In this document: piece by piece, positions 25,524 to 27,722 of the stretch
Numbering within the stretch: position 1 is the stretch's first letter
Layout of the letters: every line of letters begins with the position of its first letter
Assembly (NCBI GenBank): GCA_913020725.1
Contig: CAJWCD010000035.1
Span: 1 to 27,722, forward strand
DNA from: an uncultured Pseudomonadota bacterium
GTDB taxonomy: Bacteria; SAR324; NAC60-12
DNA: 27,722 nucleotides
Direction: 5' to 3'
Notes under the pieces: model-generated
Databases searched by the model: none
Told to the model about the DNA's origin: nothing
The model's input: only the letters and a program-made list of their open reading frames with translations
Made by a program: the position numbers and the translations under genes

Positions 25524-25994
25524 TCAGTGCTTCAAGTCTGGCGGGTCGAGGTATTCCAGTCCGTGTTCCAGTCGTAGCGACTCCAGCGAATGCTCCACAC
25601 CCGCATCTTCGCTTTGCTGTCCTGAAAACGCCTGCACCACCATCTGCATCAACTCCACGGATTGTTGCTCTTCCGGGGATTCGGGCTGCACGCCTCCCGT
25701 ACGAAGTTGGTCTAAGTTTATTGCCGAAGCTTCCTGAAACCTTAACAACTTCGTGCCCGGAATCTTGAGCAGGTCCAGCAACGGAGTGCTGGCTGCGGCT
25801 TGGGCGCGAGGTCGATTGAAGTGCCGGAGTTGCCCCGACTTGTCCAAATACGCGAAAAACGCCGAGACCTGATCCTGAAGGAAGTGATCCGGTTCGTTGA
25901 TCCGATAGCACCGATGCACGACCTCCACAGCGTAAAACTGGCCGCTGCGTAAAGTGTCGGTGGTTTGCAACTCAAGCTGTCCGGGAATCTGCAT
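25524..25994 (-). CDS. Hypothetical protein
   Basis: C-terminal 156 aa of ORF 25524-26366, taken from ATG 25994 (MQIPGQLEL). It fills the gap between its neighbours. No family recognised. Confidence 0.55.
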   Translation of the reverse strand: MQIPGQLELQTTDTLRSGQFYAVEVVHRCYRINEPDHFLQDQVSAFFAYLDKSGQLRHFNRPRAQAAASTPLLDLLKIPGTKLLRFQEASAINLDQLRTGGVQPESPEEQQSVELMQMVVQAFSGQQSEDAGVEHSLESLRLEHGLEYLDPPDLKH

Positions 25995-26166
25995 CCAAAA
26001 TCCAAGGGGTGCGTTGACGCCATCTGCGGCGTTTGTCTTCAAGTGATTAGTATGCCGGAGCCGACTTGGGGTTTCAATGCAATTCCCTGAACGATCTGTA
26101 GTCCGGGTTTCAGCTTGCTCTGAAAAACCAGAGAAGTAGAGTGAAATCTCTTGCACATGACAGTCC

Positions 26167-27168
26167 ATGAACGCCATCGGCCTCGGCCTCGATACCACTT
26201 TTGACGACACCTCGGTTGCCATCCTGCGTGGCGCCCGCGAGGTCTTGGCGAACCTCACGCTCTCACAGTACCGCGACCACGAAGAGTTCGGTGGTGTGGT
26301 TCCAGAACGAGCCTCGCGCAAGCACTTGGAGGTCATCCATCCTCTCATCCGGGAGGCCCTCGCCAAGGCGGGACTCGAGTTCGCCGATCTCGACTACATC
26401 GCGGTTTCCAACATGCCGGGGTTGCTTGGTTCGCTACTGGTGGGAGTGACGGTGGCGAAGACACTGGCGTGGTCGCTCGACAAACCGCTCATCGGAGTCA
26501 ACCATGTGGAATCGCATCCCTATGCAAACATTCTCGCGAGCGGGCCATGGAAATTTCCGGTGCTGCACCTTGTGGTCGCCGGAGGGCACACGTTGCTGCT
26601 ACGGGCCGATGCTCACTTCGACTACACGATTCTCGGACGCACGGTGGATGACGCCGCCGGGGAGTGTGTGGACAAGGTCGCCAAGATGTTCGGACACCCC
26701 ATGCCCGGAGGTCCGGTAGTGGACCGCTATGCGCTGAAAGCCCCCGGCGATGCCTTTGCGTTTCCCCGTCCCCTGCTCAACAAACCCGGCCTTGAGTTTT
26801 CCTTCAGCGGACTCAAAACCGCGATGCTGCGCTTCCGGGAGCAAAATCCGAACGTCATCCGGAAGCAGGAGCCCGCAGTACTTTCCTCCTTTTTTCAGGC
26901 GGTCGTAGACGTGCTGGTGAAAAAAACCTTCCGCGCCCTCAAATCCGAACAACTCACCCGCCTCACCGTCTCCGGAGGTTTGGCCGCCAGCCAAAAATTG
27001 CGGCAAACTTTTGAGTCCGAATGCACCCACCAAGGCATTGAACTCTGCTACCCTCCTCCGTCACTTTGCACCGACAACGCAGCAATGGTCACTTGCCTCG
27101 CCGCGCACCGCTACGCCCAAGGCCGTTTCGATGATCTCAGCTTGGATGCCTTTCCAAATCTGGTTTGA
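26167..27168 (+). CDS. tsaD: tRNA N6-threonylcarbamoyltransferase
   Basis: FGGVVPERASRKH, PGLLGSLLVG, NHVESH, GGHT, TVDDAAGE..DK, FSFSGLKT and CTDNAAMV. Confidence 0.96.
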   Translation: MNAIGLGLDTTFDDTSVAILRGAREVLANLTLSQYRDHEEFGGVVPERASRKHLEVIHPLIREALAKAGLEFADLDYIAVSNMPGLLGSLLVGVTVAKTLAWSLDKPLIGVNHVESHPYANILASGPWKFPVLHLVVAGGHTLLLRADAHFDYTILGRTVDDAAGECVDKVAKMFGHPMPGGPVVDRYALKAPGDAFAFPRPLLNKPGLEFSFSGLKTAMLRFREQNPNVIRKQEPAVLSSFFQAVVDVLVKKTFRALKSEQLTRLTVSGGLAASQKLRQTFESECTHQGIELCYPPPSLCTDNAAMVTCLAAHRYAQGRFDDLSLDAFPNLV

Positions 27169-27198
27169 GCTGCTGTCCAGTTGCTGCCTCCGTGCCTA

Positions 27199-27722
27199 GA
27201 GCCTGTTATGCACTTCACAAAAGATAGGCGCTGGTTTTGAAGAAATTCGGGAGCATCAGGATGGCAAAGGCGACGAAATGAAGCCCGCGCAGTACTTCAG
27301 GGGTGCGCTCAAAGTCCCGGGCCAGACGGCGAAAGCGGGCCGTCCAGGCAAAGCTGCGCTCCACCACCCAACGTCTGGGCAGGAGGACGAAGCCCTTCTT
27401 GGCTTCGGGCGGCTTCACCACCACCAACTCCATCCCCGCCTTTCTGGCATCCCCCTCGGCCTGCCCGCCGGTGTAGCCCTGATCTGCAAAAGCGGTGGTG
27501 ACGGAGTTGTCGGTTGCTCTCTGAACGGCCTTGCCCAAGGCTTCGACCTGTCGGCGCTCCTGCTCGTTCGCCGGGGTCACCAGCAAGTCGAGCAGCAGGC
27601 CCAGCGTGTCCACGGCCATGTGAACCTTGCTGCCGTTTTTGCGCTTGTAGCCATCGTAGCCGGCGCGCCCCCCGCTCTCCGGGGTGGATTGCAGGGTGCG
27701 CCCGTCAAGAACCGCCGCCGAA
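27199..27722 (-). mobile_element. IS5-family insertion sequence, downstream end (runs off the window)
   Basis: Transposase ORF followed by a likely terminal IR (GAGCCTGTTATGCACTT on the + strand) adjoining CTAG at 27196-27199. Confidence 0.85.
27215..27721 (-). CDS. IS5-family DDE transposase (5'-partial)
   Basis: The frame is open to the window edge: [40 protein letters not shown] and [23 protein letters not shown]. Confidence 0.95.
   Translation of the reverse strand, partial: SAAVLDGRTLQSTPESGGRAGYDGYKRKNGSKVHMAVDTLGLLLDLLVTPANEQERRQVEALGKAVQRATDNSVTTAFADQGYTGGQAEGDARKAGMELVVVKPPEAKKGFVLLPRRWVVERSFAWTARFRRLARDFERTPEVLRGLHFVAFAILMLPNFFKTSAYLL

Noticed and set aside
25995..26366. N-terminal extension of ORF 25524-26366
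   Set aside because: It overlaps tsaD antisense by 200 nt and crosses the likely divergent promoter gap. ATG 25994 is more plausible.
1..27722. tRNA-Sec (selC), other tRNA/rRNA genes or a CRISPR array
   Set aside because: No cloverleaf with a TCA anticodon, rRNA-like sequence or regularly spaced direct repeats were seen by eye. An Infernal or tRNAscan run would be decisive.

Overview
A gene-dense bacterial chromosome segment, mostly housekeeping. The gene set and the many lineage-specific beta-barrel proteins suggest a Gram-negative deltaproteobacterium-like organism, possibly SAR324-like (inference only). Recognisable genes: a class V aminotransferase, a GNAT, yggS, an SNase-like protein, lptD, a fused indolepyruvate:ferredoxin oxidoreductase, aroA, lipA, a YtoQ-family gene, selA, RNase E, xseB, aroK, mnmA, tsaD and the end of an IS5-family element. 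The best hidden signal is a selenoprotein that the ORF track splits in two. ORFs 4844-5359 and 5387-5662 are one reading frame of a GrdB/PrdB-family reductase subunit. An in-frame TGA at 5357-5359 gives U-G-L-C (UxxC) and is followed by a SECIS-like hairpin at 5366-5391. selA lies 13 kb away, but no prdA/grdA/grdE partner is in the window. Other points: the palindrome TCCGGA is strongly over-represented (about 70 copies by hand count); RNase E lacks the CxxC Zn-link and has a structured leader; the EPSP synthase looks plant/algal-like and is coupled to a eukaryote-like LipA; a heptamer tandem repeat sits where the IOR ribosome-binding site should be; and a REP-like element encodes the C-terminus of MnmA. 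No rRNA, tRNA or CRISPR array was seen.
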